From Phoronis australis (taxonomy: Eukaryota; Animalia; Phoronida), in assembly GCA_002633005.1 (NCBI GenBank), contig NMRA01000019.1, positions 272,380 to 336,379 on the forward strand: 64,000 nt of DNA, in the 5' to 3' direction. The translations under genes were made by a program, and so were the position numbers. Shown one piece after another: positions 26,890 through 39,085 of this stretch; within the stretch, counting starts at the first letter, position 1, and each line of letters opens with the position of its first letter. The notes under the pieces were generated by a model. It ran no database searches. It was not told the DNA's origin and worked only from the letters and a program-made list of their open reading frames with translations.

Positions 26890-27591
26890 GTATAATGCTC
26901 TGTACGCGTCCAGCTGCAGTAAACATAATGAACCCAGCAAGTTTGCGCAGACATGTGGAGCCATGCGAACAACATTACCTGCCTCTAGAAATGCTGGTGC
27001 TAGAAAGCGTCTTCCAACTTGGATGTTACCTGTTAGTGAAAGACCAGAGCATCAGGAAAATAGTAAAAAAACAAGAGCCAAAAACCAAGAATCAAGTCGA
27101 ACGAGCAGTGACAGTGATCTTAAGAGGAAAGAAGAGACTGCAAAACGTTCTAAGACTGGTGCTAAATATGAAGGTTTACCAAAGAACAGGATTGTTCGAG
27201 TGCACAAACGTCGCCGTGTTCAAAGACTTGAGTTTGTTAGTTCAGACTCAGACTCAGGATCAAAATTTGATGATTTCAACAAAACCATGCATCAGATGTC
27301 AACAAAGTCGAAACGGTTTGAGAAAGACAATCACAAAGTTCAAAGTGAAACAACAATGGACAGTGCATCAGACTTGTCCTATAATTCAGACGATGACATC
27401 CAGTTAATTGTGGGCAAATCACCAGTATACACAAAAGCTGGTTACAAGAAATTTTCGTCAAAACACACCGATTTGCAAACTTCATCTGAGGTCCCGAATA
27501 GCTCTGGCCCCTGTTCATCTACACCACCTAGTGTCCTGGATGATATGTTTTGTGAACGAGTGAAAAAACGACCTCCTCCAAAGAAACAAAG
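26890..27591 (+). CDS. PNK-like gene large exon: disordered K/R/S-rich tail with RKRLPTWML motif
   Basis: TTTTAG acceptor, phase 2-2, within ORF 26873-27682 (the longest ORF in the window). Donor AG|GTCTGT. Confidence 0.87.
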
Positions 27592-27980
27592 GTCTGTGTA
27601 CTTAGGTCACAACACTGTTAAGTTCATCAGTTCTTATAAAATCAAATTTATGGTACAAATGAATGCAGTGAGAGCTTACTGACTGCCGTGGTAAATATTC
27701 TTCAATTTGGCACAATGAAAATTTAATGAGTTTGCTAAAGGTTGGAGTTGGTGCCAAATTCTTGTAGAAATGTACAATATTGACTATTCCAAATTCAAGA
27801 ATCACTGGAAGGACGACAAAATTACCCGCTCTGTAGATTAAAAATACATTTTTCGAAATTTGAGAAATATGGTGAATGCCAAAATTGCCCTTGTCCCAAA
27901 TTCTATAAGCAAGGGTTTCCTTATCCCAAATTCTAGATACTAGCCAAGTTGCGGAATTATTACCCCATTTTCAATGGTAT

Positions 27981-28110
27981 TTAAGGTTATGTAGGCCCCC
28001 TGTGGATAAGCCTGTGCATTAAGCTAAATATTTGCAACTCTATAGCATTGAACTCATGAAGAGGTTATTTTTTCTGAAAGCAGAAAGCCTGTAGAATTTG
28101 ATTTATGGCT
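27981..28110 (+). repeat. Dispersed repeat end (TTAAGGTTATGTAGGCC...), related copy at ~30367-30495
   Basis: Both copies start TTAA(G/A)GTTATGTAGGCC and share AGAAAG(C/T)CTGTAGA. TTAA-RR termini recall Kolobok-type elements. Confidence 0.4.
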
Positions 28111-28655
28111 TTAGTCCGATCTTCCGTTGATTGGGTCTGGTGACCACATCGTTTTAGTCAAATTTAGCAAAATGGTACAGTTATAGCAAAGTAATGGCAA
28201 CAATACAATTACTAAATTTCGCTTGATATAAGTATTCCAAAACACAATTAAATATTTCTAATTTGTCTTTTTGGTTTCGTTTTATGCAAATTTTATTTTG
28301 TTAATAATACTCCTCTTTGGTAGTCTCTTGTGCAAAAGTGGCGCATTTCAAAAACAATATTCTAACAGGGTTTTGGGGAACATTGCGTTGAGTAGAGTAT
28401 CTGAAAATTTCATGTAAATCCGATCACTCATTTCTGAAATATGATGTTCTGAAGTTGCCTCGTGTGTACATTTTTCAAGGGTCCTACACTTGTCTTCCAC
28501 TCTCAACTTAACTGCAAAACTTAGATGTTTCACCAATTAAGGTCATCAGTGTGGGTTAAGAATGTGTTTGCTATGATTGTGTCTAATTCAATATTCATTT
28601 GGAATTGAGAGATAACTTGAGATTGAATTTTTGGAAGCAGTGGCCTGCCCTATAA

Positions 28656-30184
28656 TTTTTATGCGCCCACATATTTATATGTGGACGCATTATGCCGTCA
28701 TCTCTGTCCGTCCGTCCGTCCGGGCGGCGTCCGTCCGGCGTCCGGCGTCCGCTGCTCTATCTCCAAAACCCTTTGACATACGTTCATGAAATTTGGCACA
28801 TATGTTCCGTTCATGAATGGGACGGCATGTGCGAACTTTCGGACGGATCCGACTACCGGTGTGCCCCCTTGTGGCAATTTTAGTTTTTTACGCTTACCTT
28901 TGTATCTTCAAAAGTCCTGAACGGATTTTCATGAAATTCGGTATGTAGGCACCTAGTAGTGAGATGACGCTATCCTGCCATTTTCGGATGGATTCGACAT
29001 AGTTTGCGCCACCTAGTGGCCATTTTTAGTGTTTTCGAGTCTGTTTTTGTGCTTCCACCCCTCTATCAACCAAACCGCTCAAAGGATGATTGTGAAAATT
29101 GGCATGTATGTGCTTACTATGTAGAGGACGGTTGACGATGATTTTCCGACGATTTCGACTACTGTGGCGCCTCCTAGTGGCAGTTTTGTTTTTTTTGCGC
29201 CTATGGCTGTATCTCCTAAACCGTTCGCAGGATCTTTACAAATTGTGTAAGTATATTTATATGATGTTAACAACGGAAGATGACGACTTTTGGTCGGATC
29301 CGACTACCGGTGTGCCCCCTAGTGGCAATTTTAGTTTTTTACGCTTACCTTTGTATCTTCAAAAGTATTGAACGGATTTTCATGAAATTTGGTATGTAGG
29401 CACCTATTAGTGAGATGACGCTATCCTACTGTTTTCAGATGGATTCGACGTAGTTTGCGCCACCTAGTGGCCATTTTTACTGTTTTCGAGTCTGTATTTT
29501 TGCGTCCACCCCTCTATCAACCAAACCGCTCAAAGGATGATTGTGAAAATTGGCGTGTATGTGCTTACTATAAGGAAGACAGCTGACAATGATTTTCAGA
29601 CGATTTGGACTACTGTGGCGCCTCCTAGTGGCAGTTTTGTTTTTTTGCGCCCATGGCTGTATCTCCCAAACCGTTTGCAGGATCTTTACTAAATTTAGCA
29701 AGTGTATTTATGTGATGTTGACAACGGACGATGACGACTTTAGGATGATTCTGATTACCGGTATGCCTCTAGTGGCAATTTTAGTATTTGCCTCTAGTGG
29801 CAATTTTAGTATTTTACATTGACCTCTGTATTTTCATAGGTCTTCAGGTGTATACTTTGTGTTACTTCGTGACTGTGAAGGAAAAGTTCCAAGTAGAAAT
29901 TTGTTTCTGGCATTCTAATGCTGTGCTAATCTCGTATGTTGGTAAATTTGTTTTTAATTCTATGTTTCTGTGGTGCTTTAAGCAACTGGTGTATAGGATG
30001 TGCTTGTATTATGAAGATTACTCACATTTTGCCCCTAGCCTATTGAGGAGACAATGACCATGCCTTTCCATTTTGCAAAGTATGCCTTCTACTGGCCACT
30101 TTATGGTACCAATAAACAACCCTAGAAGGATACCGTATGCGGTGCAATTGTGGGCGCATTTCAACGCTCTGCGTTGCTCTTGTT
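28656..30184 (+). mobile_element. Helentron-associated non-autonomous element (HINE/DINE-1-like), copy 1, with internal 451-bp tandem repeats
   Basis: T-run and subterminal IR ATGCGCCCAC (28661) / GTGGGCGCAT (30150), 5' hairpin 28661-28690, (GTCC)n microsatellite, internal tandem array, 3' hairpin CAACGC-TCT-GCGTTG then CTCTTGTT. A second copy is at 52.5-54.2 kb. Confidence 0.8.
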
Positions 30185-30955
30185 ATTTTTTTTTAAGTTT
30201 TAAATGCTATTTAATTGTTCTTAATGGCAACAGCAATAATATCTAATCATGGTAAGAAACATTTCGAGATGGATCTAGTTGGGTTAAATGGCCAAGGCTT
30301 CGTTTTGTTTTTCAAAAGGTTCAACACATGAAACAAATGCAGTTTTAAGTTTATCTGCCATTTGGTTTAAAGTTATGTAGGCCTTTATTGAGAGTCTGTG
30401 TATTTAGCAAAATACATGCAAAATTATGGAAATCAATGATATTAACTCAATAAAGGTACATACATTCTGAGTGGAGAAAGTCTGTAGACTCTGGACATTT
30501 TTCTAGACTCCTGCATAACATTGAAAAGGGAAATGTGTGCAATATCTTCTTTGAGGCGAGTAATGGTTTACTTGAGTTTACTCTGTGCATTATTTCTTTG
30601 GCTAGGGAAATTTACTCTCTATGTGTTTAAATTCTGTTTAAAATGTGCTGTAGTTTACTCACATTGGTTGATTTCAGTAACTGTCTATTTGTAAGCTGGG
30701 ATTATGACTGCCACTGTAAATGTTACTGTTTCTGTTAGGTTAGAAATAAAAAAATGGAACCAATGAATACTTTGGCCATGCTGTGAAACTGGTGACTCAT
30801 TTCATATGTTGTTTGCAAAATCTGCTCCAGCTGAGTTAAATTAGAGTGGGAATGTTCCGAAAAGCAGCTTTTAAAATAACTGCCCTCTGACTTGTCAAGG
30901 CAAAGTTGGAGTATATTCAGCTCACAAATTCTATTGCAAGGTATCAATTTTGCAG

Positions 30956-31214
30956 GGTCGTTGCAACAGACGTATCATCTGTCCTTGACCTTGGTAAGAC
31001 CCCATCTCCACCTTCATGTTCTTGGACAGGTGGAGGAAAGAAGACCATTGAAACAGACCATTCTCATGGCTCCAACAGTCTCTTGGACTTAGACTCCGAA
31101 GACAGTGACTATGGCTCTGGGTTTGGTGCTAGTGGGAAAATTGTTTCCCCAGAAAATGAGAAAAAGCGACAACAAGCACTGGAGGCGCTGCGTGCTTTGG
31201 ATGAAATATTTTGA
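30956..31214 (+). CDS. PNK-like gene terminal exon (VVATDVSSVLDL...ALEALRALDEIF*)
   Basis: TTTTGCAG acceptor in phase 2 matches the previous exon. Stop at 31212-31214, AATAAA at 31274. Confidence 0.82.
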
Positions 31215-31273
31215 TAATCTGAAGACAGGCTAAACATTTTATTCGAGTCATATATTTGTTACCTGACAATGCT

Positions 31274-31279
31274 AATAAA
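31274..31279 (+). promoter_or_regulatory. Putative polyadenylation signal of PNK-like gene
   Basis: AATAAA about 60 nt after the stop codon. Confidence 0.5.
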
Positions 31280-32579
31280 TAATCTTATTTGTACCATGAG
31301 TTACATTTAAGGGCATCAGTCCCAATGCTTAACAAAGTAACAAGATTCAAAACTTGACAATACCCCTTAGACCACGATTTTTATTAGGCATGCCGGTGGC
31401 ACTTTTTTGGTGCATTTGCTAAGGGGACCTGGCTCAACCCTCCCCCAAATCCGCCTATGCTGCTTTTAGTTTCAACCTTGTGTCCTTCATATTATGTACA
31501 TGGATTTGTTACCATTCAAAGTTTGACTACCTTCAAGGTACCTATATCTCCCTACTAGTAACCGTGGGTAGCTCAGCCCTGCCTGTGCAAAATATCTCGC
31601 GCATGCTATTCCCCTCTGGCAGATGTTTATACTTTCCTCTCTGACCACTTCCCCCGTCTAGCGTACACGTATTTCTTTCAGTTTTTGAAGGAGAGAACAA
31701 CCCTGCTCCTGCTCATTCTCTGCCCATAGTGTCATTTCTCCCTATCACGGCCGAACGAGCGATCAGCTGGACTATTTTCGTTGCTGTTTCATTTTTCCAA
31801 TAAATTTTGCAAAACATCACTGAAATTTTATCAGATTTTCGAAAATGCATAACTCGGAAGCAGTGAACCATGTTGAGTCATCTCGTGCATGGCAACTTTA
31901 TGATAGTCTGGGAGCCGAATGAAAACATGGTTCAGTGTTTCGATTTGGTTCGCCCCTCAGGGTGACATCTTGGAGAATACTAGAATTAAGATGGCTATCA
32001 ACCTAGTGCACCAACGCACAAAACGTCTGAAGCCACAAAACATTTTCTTCACACGCAATTTAGAAACAGAAGAAAACGCAAAAATCGCACTTTTTAAGGA
32101 AAACTTCCCTAACTTTGGATTGGAATAAGGTTTAGACACAATTTTCAAAACATTGACAGCACATTTACGTCTTGTCTCAACTGAAAATAAATCAAATTTG
32201 TTGAAATGACATTAATATGACAATGAGTGCGATTTGGGATCCAAAATTGAAGACACGATTTCGTTTACCTTATTGACAATACTTCGAGCGACTTCCCAAT
32301 GGATATATTAAGTTTTGCACATTATGGAAAAGTTTTTAAAACTTGGTAAATATGCACGATGGACGAGATTTGAGATTTTTTTGTAACCAAAAATATTTAT
32401 ATGTGTGTGGGTTTAATTCGTCACGTCATAAGTCTTAAAGCTTTGGAATTATTTACAAGTGGGTTGGTTGTTTCCTTATTTTTAAACCTTTGTTCAAAAT
32501 TTCATTTAGTCGCCAATCCCTAAAGGCATTAGATAGTAAGACGTACTTTTATCGTTGACAGGGCATATGTGACGTGTTG

Positions 32580-33390
32580 CAGTGGCGGATCTAGGATATG
32601 ACAAGGGGGGCCATCATTTTGTCCGGCCGTAAGCATTTGCGCAAGCCACGATTGTAGATGCGCATAGCACCGAATGGGGGGAGGCAAACCCCCTCCCGCT
32701 CAGGAAATTTTTCTGTTTTTTCCTCTAAAAATCAAGCATTTTCCTTGATTTCTGAAGTATTATCCAAGAAAAAAAAGTTAAAAAAATAACAAAAAAAAAA
32801 AACGGGGAACGTGTCACACAGGAAAAACTGCGAGTTATACAGATTCGAACTCACGACCTAGCTGATAGGACGCGCGTGCTTTACAACCACGATATCAGTA
32901 CTAACCTAAAGCCATAGATTATAGACAACAGATTCGCAACTCCGGCATATTCTTACGAGCTGAGCTGAACTCTCCTATAGTCTATGCCTAAAACTAAGAG
33001 ACCTACTTGTTTATGGTCCACAGCTTTTGCGCGCGAAACCTACTTCTTTTTGTAATGCTTATTACACGTTTTATATTTTGTGCAATCGGTTCTTAACATT
33101 TTTTTTTTGTATTTAAAATAGTCATCAAATGCCCAAAAGACCAAATCCGTTTTTCGTGTTGGCAATAATGACGGGATTGCTTTGGAAATCGTCTTAAGTT
33201 AAGGTTTGACAAAGAGAGAATTAATGAGTTTCTGAGTGATTCACTAAGGCTTAGATTAAAATTCACATCTTACCAGTAGCTTCTGTTTTTTCATCGTCAC
33301 TCAGGTTCCTTTTTCTTTAAAAAATGAAGTCAATTTTCTTCATTGCACAGTGGAGCAGACGACGGAAACGGAGTCGTAGTGCGCAGCGCC
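32580..33390 (+). mobile_element. Non-autonomous DNA transposon family (CAGTGGCGGATCTAG end), copy 1
   Basis: Colinear with 47725-48438 over ~700 bp. Contains a minus-strand tRNA-like B-box segment (GTTCGAATC, ~32842-32850). Confidence 0.85.
32913..32986. mobile_element. 74-bp mini-MITE with 12-bp TIRs and ~8-bp TSD (hAT-like)
   Basis: CATAGATTATAG...CTATAGTCTATG flanked by CCTAAAGC/CCTAAAAC. It is absent from the paralogous site near 48070; a related left end is at ~26122. Confidence 0.7.
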
Positions 33391-36300
33391 ACTACCGGTC
33401 GCCTGGGATATCGCGGGAGAGCCTAGTACACTAACCGTACATGTAGTTCCGTTACGAATGCGCCGTGTTCCGAATTTGACACTTGAAATTAGATCTGAGC
33501 CCCCCCAAACACTAAAACTGCACACATTCAAATCTTTTTTCATCCGTATAATTTTAATTACCTGGGCAAATTAATAAACTCAACATTTCCCTACGCTCTT
33601 GCTGTTTTATTTTTTTTGCGGCACCCAAGGGGGGGGGCCTTCAGAGATAGCGACTGGACACATTGCATTCGGTGACTTAATAACTAGGATTTTTGTTGCT
33701 GGGTAGATGGAGTTACTTTGGGATTTTTCTGTATATTTCAATATCTGTAAAGAGAAAATGTCTTTTAGAAGTCCAGAGATGGCCAAAACCTGCTCATTGA
33801 CAGTCGCGAGGAGAAATGTTATACCTAATTTCTTCTATGACTTTGCACAATGCCATTATTTTTGATGAATAATTATAATAATTTTATGCTTTTCTGACTG
33901 TGGAGGTCCACGTGCATTTTCACTGCACCTTATTTGCGATGAGTCTAGTTTCGTAGATCTACTAAGTTGTCATTTTGCTGTACTTTTAAGTGGATTTTGA
34001 AATTAGTAGAAATTTTCGTAGTTTACAATAATTAGAAATGGGATTTTGATGTGATAGAGACGTTGTTATTTTTTTTTCTGTGTCAGATTTTTTCCGAACA
34101 AATTAATCCGTTTACTAGAGACCATTGAATGACACTGATACGCAGACTACGCAACGCCTTGATGTAGTGCACGGTTTGTTTTGTTCATTAAACAGCGTCT
34201 ATTGAATTTTTGTTGACTTCTTTTATTGCACAAGTAGCCTCGTACATATTGTATAAAATGGAAAAAACAACGGCGGATTTAAACCGGCTTGACATGTTTT
34301 GGCGTTTATTGAAACACCAACATCAGAAGAAAAAAAAAACAGCGGCCACCTTGCTGGGCCCAACAACAAGTAATGGTACACAGACATTCCCATATTAATA
34401 ATCATCTGCAGAGCTCCAATCGTTGTTATGAGTAATGCTCTTTCAATGACATAGCTATAACCGACCAAGCAGAAGCAACAAAAGAGCTTGAAATTCGTGA
34501 GACCCTGCGCATCAAATTGGTGCAGGCCCCAGCCTCAACAGGCCCGTGGCCAGCATTGCGCGCGGATGGTTCGATGAATTTCTCGAACGGTGGACATTTG
34601 ATATTTTGCTAAAAGCGTCGACACTGTGGAGTTTCAACAAAGTGCTCAGTTGACGCAACAGGGAAATCTGTATACACAACGATGACACTCAACTCTACGT
34701 TTCTGAGATGTGACGGAATTACATGTAGTAATGCTAGAAATAAGGATGCCGTGACGGTTGCTCGCAAATTGGACTCAAATTCGGATGTAATGTTGTCCAG
34801 AAAGTTAACGCGTTACCTCCAACCAAACTTTCAAATTAGACGTGCTTAAATGACTGATTACACCTACTCGGACAGAAATATTTAGTCGGAGAATGACTTC
34901 ACGAATTTTTTATCTACAGTGTAGTTATATTTTTACGGGGTGTTACTTAAGTTGCTTACATTGTTAGAAATGGGAGCAGCCCACTACTCCAAAGGTTCAC
35001 TACTACAAATAGATCTAAATTTCCGTCTCGTGTAATTTCGATGCTTTCACATGCAAAAATAAACGATACTTCAATTTAGATGTACCGAGTGGTGTACTTA
35101 TACCGAAAACAACGCCCGGGTACTAAAACATTTTATGCGCATGCGAAATTGCCCGCATGTCCTACCAACACGGAAAAATGAGTACGTTATTGTATTTTTA
35201 GAAGAATATAAAATAGGAAAACTGATGAATTATAAGCCGCGATACATTCATTAAGATTGCATCATTTCACAGCTTGACTCAAAAGTTTAAAGCCGCAGCG
35301 TCTCAACCTCACCTACCGGAACCACGCACACGGCCCGGGGTCGAAATTAAATATAGTTAGTAGGCTACCCTATCCCTGCTAGTCTTCACGAAGTCAGAGT
35401 CCCATTCAGTTTTCTTAAACTTAAAACCGTTGGTCGCTGCAGCCCTAACCCGTGCCCGCACTAAGATGTTGTCCCTGCTTGAGAATGAGTCATTAGTTAG
35501 ACTCAAGAATCACGACTGGCAGTGATTGGAACTGAATTCATTTGTAAACAATGCGGGGCCCGTAGCCAGGTTGGTTCGAGGGTTCGAACGAACCCCCCTC
35601 CCCTCAGAAAAGGTCCAGCCCCAGCCTATCCATTAAAGATATGATACAGATGGACAACAACAAAATTGATGCAGCTACTGGTACTACTAACTACAATTGT
35701 TAACTAAGTTAGTAATAATTTTGAATTTGCTTCTGATTCAAAGCGCTTCACGTTATCATCGAGCCGTGCGTTACGCGGCTCACTTCGCCCGAGTGGTATT
35801 TGCGTAAATGACAGGATCGTGCAGACGATTAGAGGAGGCTTTGAACACGCGTGGTGGTTACACCGTAGGGAAACAAGGGAGTCTAGAAGTAAACGTCTAT
35901 ACCTAGTTAAGCTATGTAGCAGGGATATAGCCCCCAAAAAGTCACATTGCGGTGTGAATGTCTTAAAATCGACCATGAAGCAAAGCAGCAGAAAATAGGT
36001 TTGTTATCTGATATTGCTTGCTAGCACAGTACGGTAAAGGGCAGGTGTTTCCAAATTTGGAATTGAAAATGTTCGTAAAGTACAAGTATGTTTTTCGTCA
36101 TATAGTGTCCAATTCGAGAGTTGATTGGTGGGTTGACATGCATTCTTGCGTTTCCGTCCTTTTAAATTCAGTAGAAGCCGACGGTAAGTTATAGACAGCC
36201 CTCCATCGTTACTCAAAAACCTGAATTTAACTATAACTATAACTATAACCGTGTTTGCTTGCTCTGAGAAATCACCGAAGAGCACGTTTACATTTGAGGG

Positions 36301-36424
36301 GGGGGGAGTAGGTTTAAACTCAATAAAAATTCTGGGCAATGGAGATAGACTTGTTTTGTCACTAGTGTCAATGGTGTACAGCCTCACACTTCATGCGAGC
36401 AACCAGATGGAAAAGATTTCCAAG

Positions 36425-36660
36425 CAGAGGCGGGTCTGCGGAGGGGTGTTCGGAGAGTTCAAAGGCTACCCTTGGGAAAGGATCAAAAATAAAAATTAAA
36501 AAAATGTCACCAGGTAAACAAAATCAAGTACTAAATACCAAACAAAATCTTAAACAGGAGGGGAACTCCCTCCTGACCTTCCCTACGCTCGGCGCTACGC
36601 GCCTCGGATTCAGGCGAATCCTACCCCCCACCCCTTACTGAAAACGTAGATCTGACACTG
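36425..36660. mobile_element. MITE inserted in arm B (CAGAGGCGGGTCTGC...GTAGATCTGACACTG)
   Basis: Imperfect TIRs; the segment is missing from arm B'. Confidence 0.55.
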
Positions 36661-37532
36661 TCAGGTTAGATGCCACAATTCCCATGGTGCGCGACTCCGA
36701 AGCTTCACTACTCCGAAGGTTTGCCACCTTCGAAAATTCACTATTTCGAATGTCCACAATTCCAGAACCAGAACTCCGACAGTTACTTTTTTTACTCGGG
36801 TCTCTCTCAAACAGTAGTCCAGACCTCAAACCACTGAGCCAAACAGTTCATTACTCTGATTGTCTGCTAATGAGTCGTAATAAACGTGAATAGATTATTG
36901 TATCTGTGTCCATTTAGTAACCGTGTAAAAGGGTGTGCAAAAAGTTGACTAGTTCTTAATACATTGATTTCATTGTTGAGATCGGTTCCAATCACTGCCA
37001 ATCGTGATACTTGAATCTAATTAACTACTCATTCTCAATTAAGGGCAACATCTGGGCCACGGGTAGGGGCTGCGGCGACCAACGGTTTTAAATTTAAGAA
37101 GACTGAATGGGGCTCACTGACTATGCGAAAACTGGCCGCAGGGATTGGGTAGCCTGCTAACTACATTTGATTTCGACCCGCCTGTGGGTGGTTCCGGTGG
37201 GTGAGGTTCAGGCGCAGTGGCCCTAAACTTTTCAGTCGCGCTGTGAAATGATGCGACCTTGACATGGATTTGATGAATGTATCGTGGTGATAATGATTCA
37301 TCAATATTACCACTCCAAATTGTTTAAAATGCAATAACGTTAGCACGGAAAAATATGACTAGATAAAAAGTTTCATTAAGTTAATCTCCGACTAAATATT
37401 TCTGACCGAGAAGGTGTAATTACTCATTTAAGCACGCCTGATTTGAAAATTTGGCAAGAAGTAACGAGGAGAACGTTTTGGACCACATTACATTTGAAAT
37501 GAGTCCCATTTTTTGCGAGCAACCGTCACGGT

Positions 37533-38148
37533 CTCGCTGGTTCCCTGCGTGACGCTGGGTGGTAGCCGCAGCAAGCCTGTTATGAACACTTAATTTTCCT
37601 CGGGATTTTTTTTACACCGGCGTTTCTGATTGGCTGGTCGATTTCTCAACAAGCAGCACTTTACCCAAACAAACTGATATGACTGATGGAGAAAGTGTAA
37701 ATGTGGTCTGTTGTACAGACAAATCGGGTGCTTAAAATTCATGTTTAAGAAATGTGAATCCCAGAAAATTGTGGTTGCGCCTTTCGGATTGCATCTTCCT
37801 AATGTCGCTGGCCTTTTGTTTACGTTAGGCCTACTGTCCTGTATTTATACAGTATGAATAACACACTAGTAAAATCGACCAGATGACGGTGTGTTATTGT
37901 ACATGTGCTTCTGAGCACGCGGCTATGAAACATTAGGCCTACTGCAGAAACAAAATAGTTGCTTAATAGTTGCTGCTACGCCACTTGCATGGACAAGGCT
38001 AAAAATCGTCCATAATCCGCCATTTTCTCACTTTGTTGTAAAGTTAACCAATGACTGTCGCGGTTACATCAAGCAGTGATAAAGCGCGTGCTACTGCCTG
38101 CTACCCGCGTGCTGGCTACCACCTAGCGGCACGTGGGGAACCGGCGAG
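37533..38148. mobile_element. Non-autonomous element with CTCGCTGGTTCCC TIRs and 9-10-bp TSD (Mutator-like)
   Basis: TSD CCGTCACGG(T/C) on both sides. The empty site is visible in arm A near 34745-34765. Confidence 0.75.
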
Positions 38149-38522
38149 CCGTCACGGCATCCTCATCTCTGGTATTAGGCCTACTAATTCCGTCTCATCT
38201 CAAAAACATAGAACTGGGAGTCATCGTTGTGTATACCAATTTCCCTTCCCCCTGATTAAGCTGCGCCAACTGAGGGCCTTAATGAAAACTCCAAAGTGTC
38301 GATGTTGCGGCAAAGTATCAAAGGTCCACCGTTCAAGAAATTCGAACCACCCCCTGCGCAATGCTGGCTACGGACCTGCAATGTATCAAGAACTATCCAA
38401 CTTTTTCATACTCGTAAATGGTTAATGGACATGAATACAATACATTATTCTTGTCAGTTCCGACCTATAGGGCCAATATCGAATATACTCCCAGGTTCCG
38501 ACTCATTAGGGTAATGAACTGT

Positions 38523-39085
38523 CTGGCTCGGTGGTTTGTGGTCCTAACTCCTGTTTGGGAGACCTGGGCCCGGTCTCTAATCTTTGTACTCGAAACGAAC
38601 TCGAAACTATTTTTGGCAATTTCTCTGCTCCATTTGTGCGAACTTAAGATGATTGGTTATCAGACTCTAGTGTGCTCGAATACATTATAGTTTATGCATA
38701 GGAGTTTCTAGTTCAAGTTTGCCCTTGAAGACCCTTATATTCGTGCTACAAACTCGAGTAAAACTCGAAATTTCGAGTTCAAACTCGAACTTATTGCTTT
38801 AATATTGGGTTTGCAAACTGTGAACTAAGGGCAATAAATTATCTACGTGAGTTATTGTGTACTCGAGCATAGAATAATTGACACTTATCTTGAGTTCGCC
38901 CAAAAGTAGAGCAGAAAATGACAAACCTAATTTCGAGTTCCATTTCGAGTAAAAAGATTGGAGACCGGGCCCTGGGTTCGAATCCTAGCATCACTGGCTG
39001 ACAATCGAGCATTGCAGAAAGGTGTTACCTACTCCTCTGAGTTGGTCTACTAGTGAATGTGTGCAAGGGTATGAATGAGAACATG
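38523..39085 (+). mobile_element. tRNA-derived SINE interrupted by a MITE
   Basis: A-box TGGCTCGGTGG (~38524) and B-box GGTTCGAATCC (38975) fall at tRNA-like spacing once 38567-38971 is removed. Confidence 0.65.
38567..38971. mobile_element. 405-bp MITE, GGCCCGGTCTC TIRs, CTG TSD (PIF/Harbinger-like)
   Basis: ~45-bp imperfect TIRs, CTG duplicated at 38564 and 38972. The internal CTCGAAA/TTTCGAG motif recurs at ~57585-57630. Confidence 0.8.

Larger units (their letters stand above)
34539..38378. repeat. Long diverged inverted repeat pair A/A' (34539-35535 vs ~36980-38378), possibly a foldback element
   Basis: Multiple reverse-complement blocks, e.g. 34751-34890 vs 37385-37531 and 35220-35535 vs 36985-37300. 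Ends are CAGGCCCGTGGCCAG / CTGGCTACGGACCTG, flanked by CAA on both sides. Confidence 0.8.

Noticed and set aside
26865-27407. 180-aa overlapping ORF
   Set aside because: Alternative frame of the large exon; not phase-compatible with neighbouring exons.
28800-29800. CRISPR-like regularly spaced repeats
   Set aside because: Spacers are themselves repeated (451-bp period), the context is a eukaryotic intron and there are no cas genes; it is a transposon-internal tandem array.
17503-31214. Assigning the symbol PNKP
   Set aside because: No FHA domain, reversed domain order and degenerate HAD motifs; orthology is unsupported.
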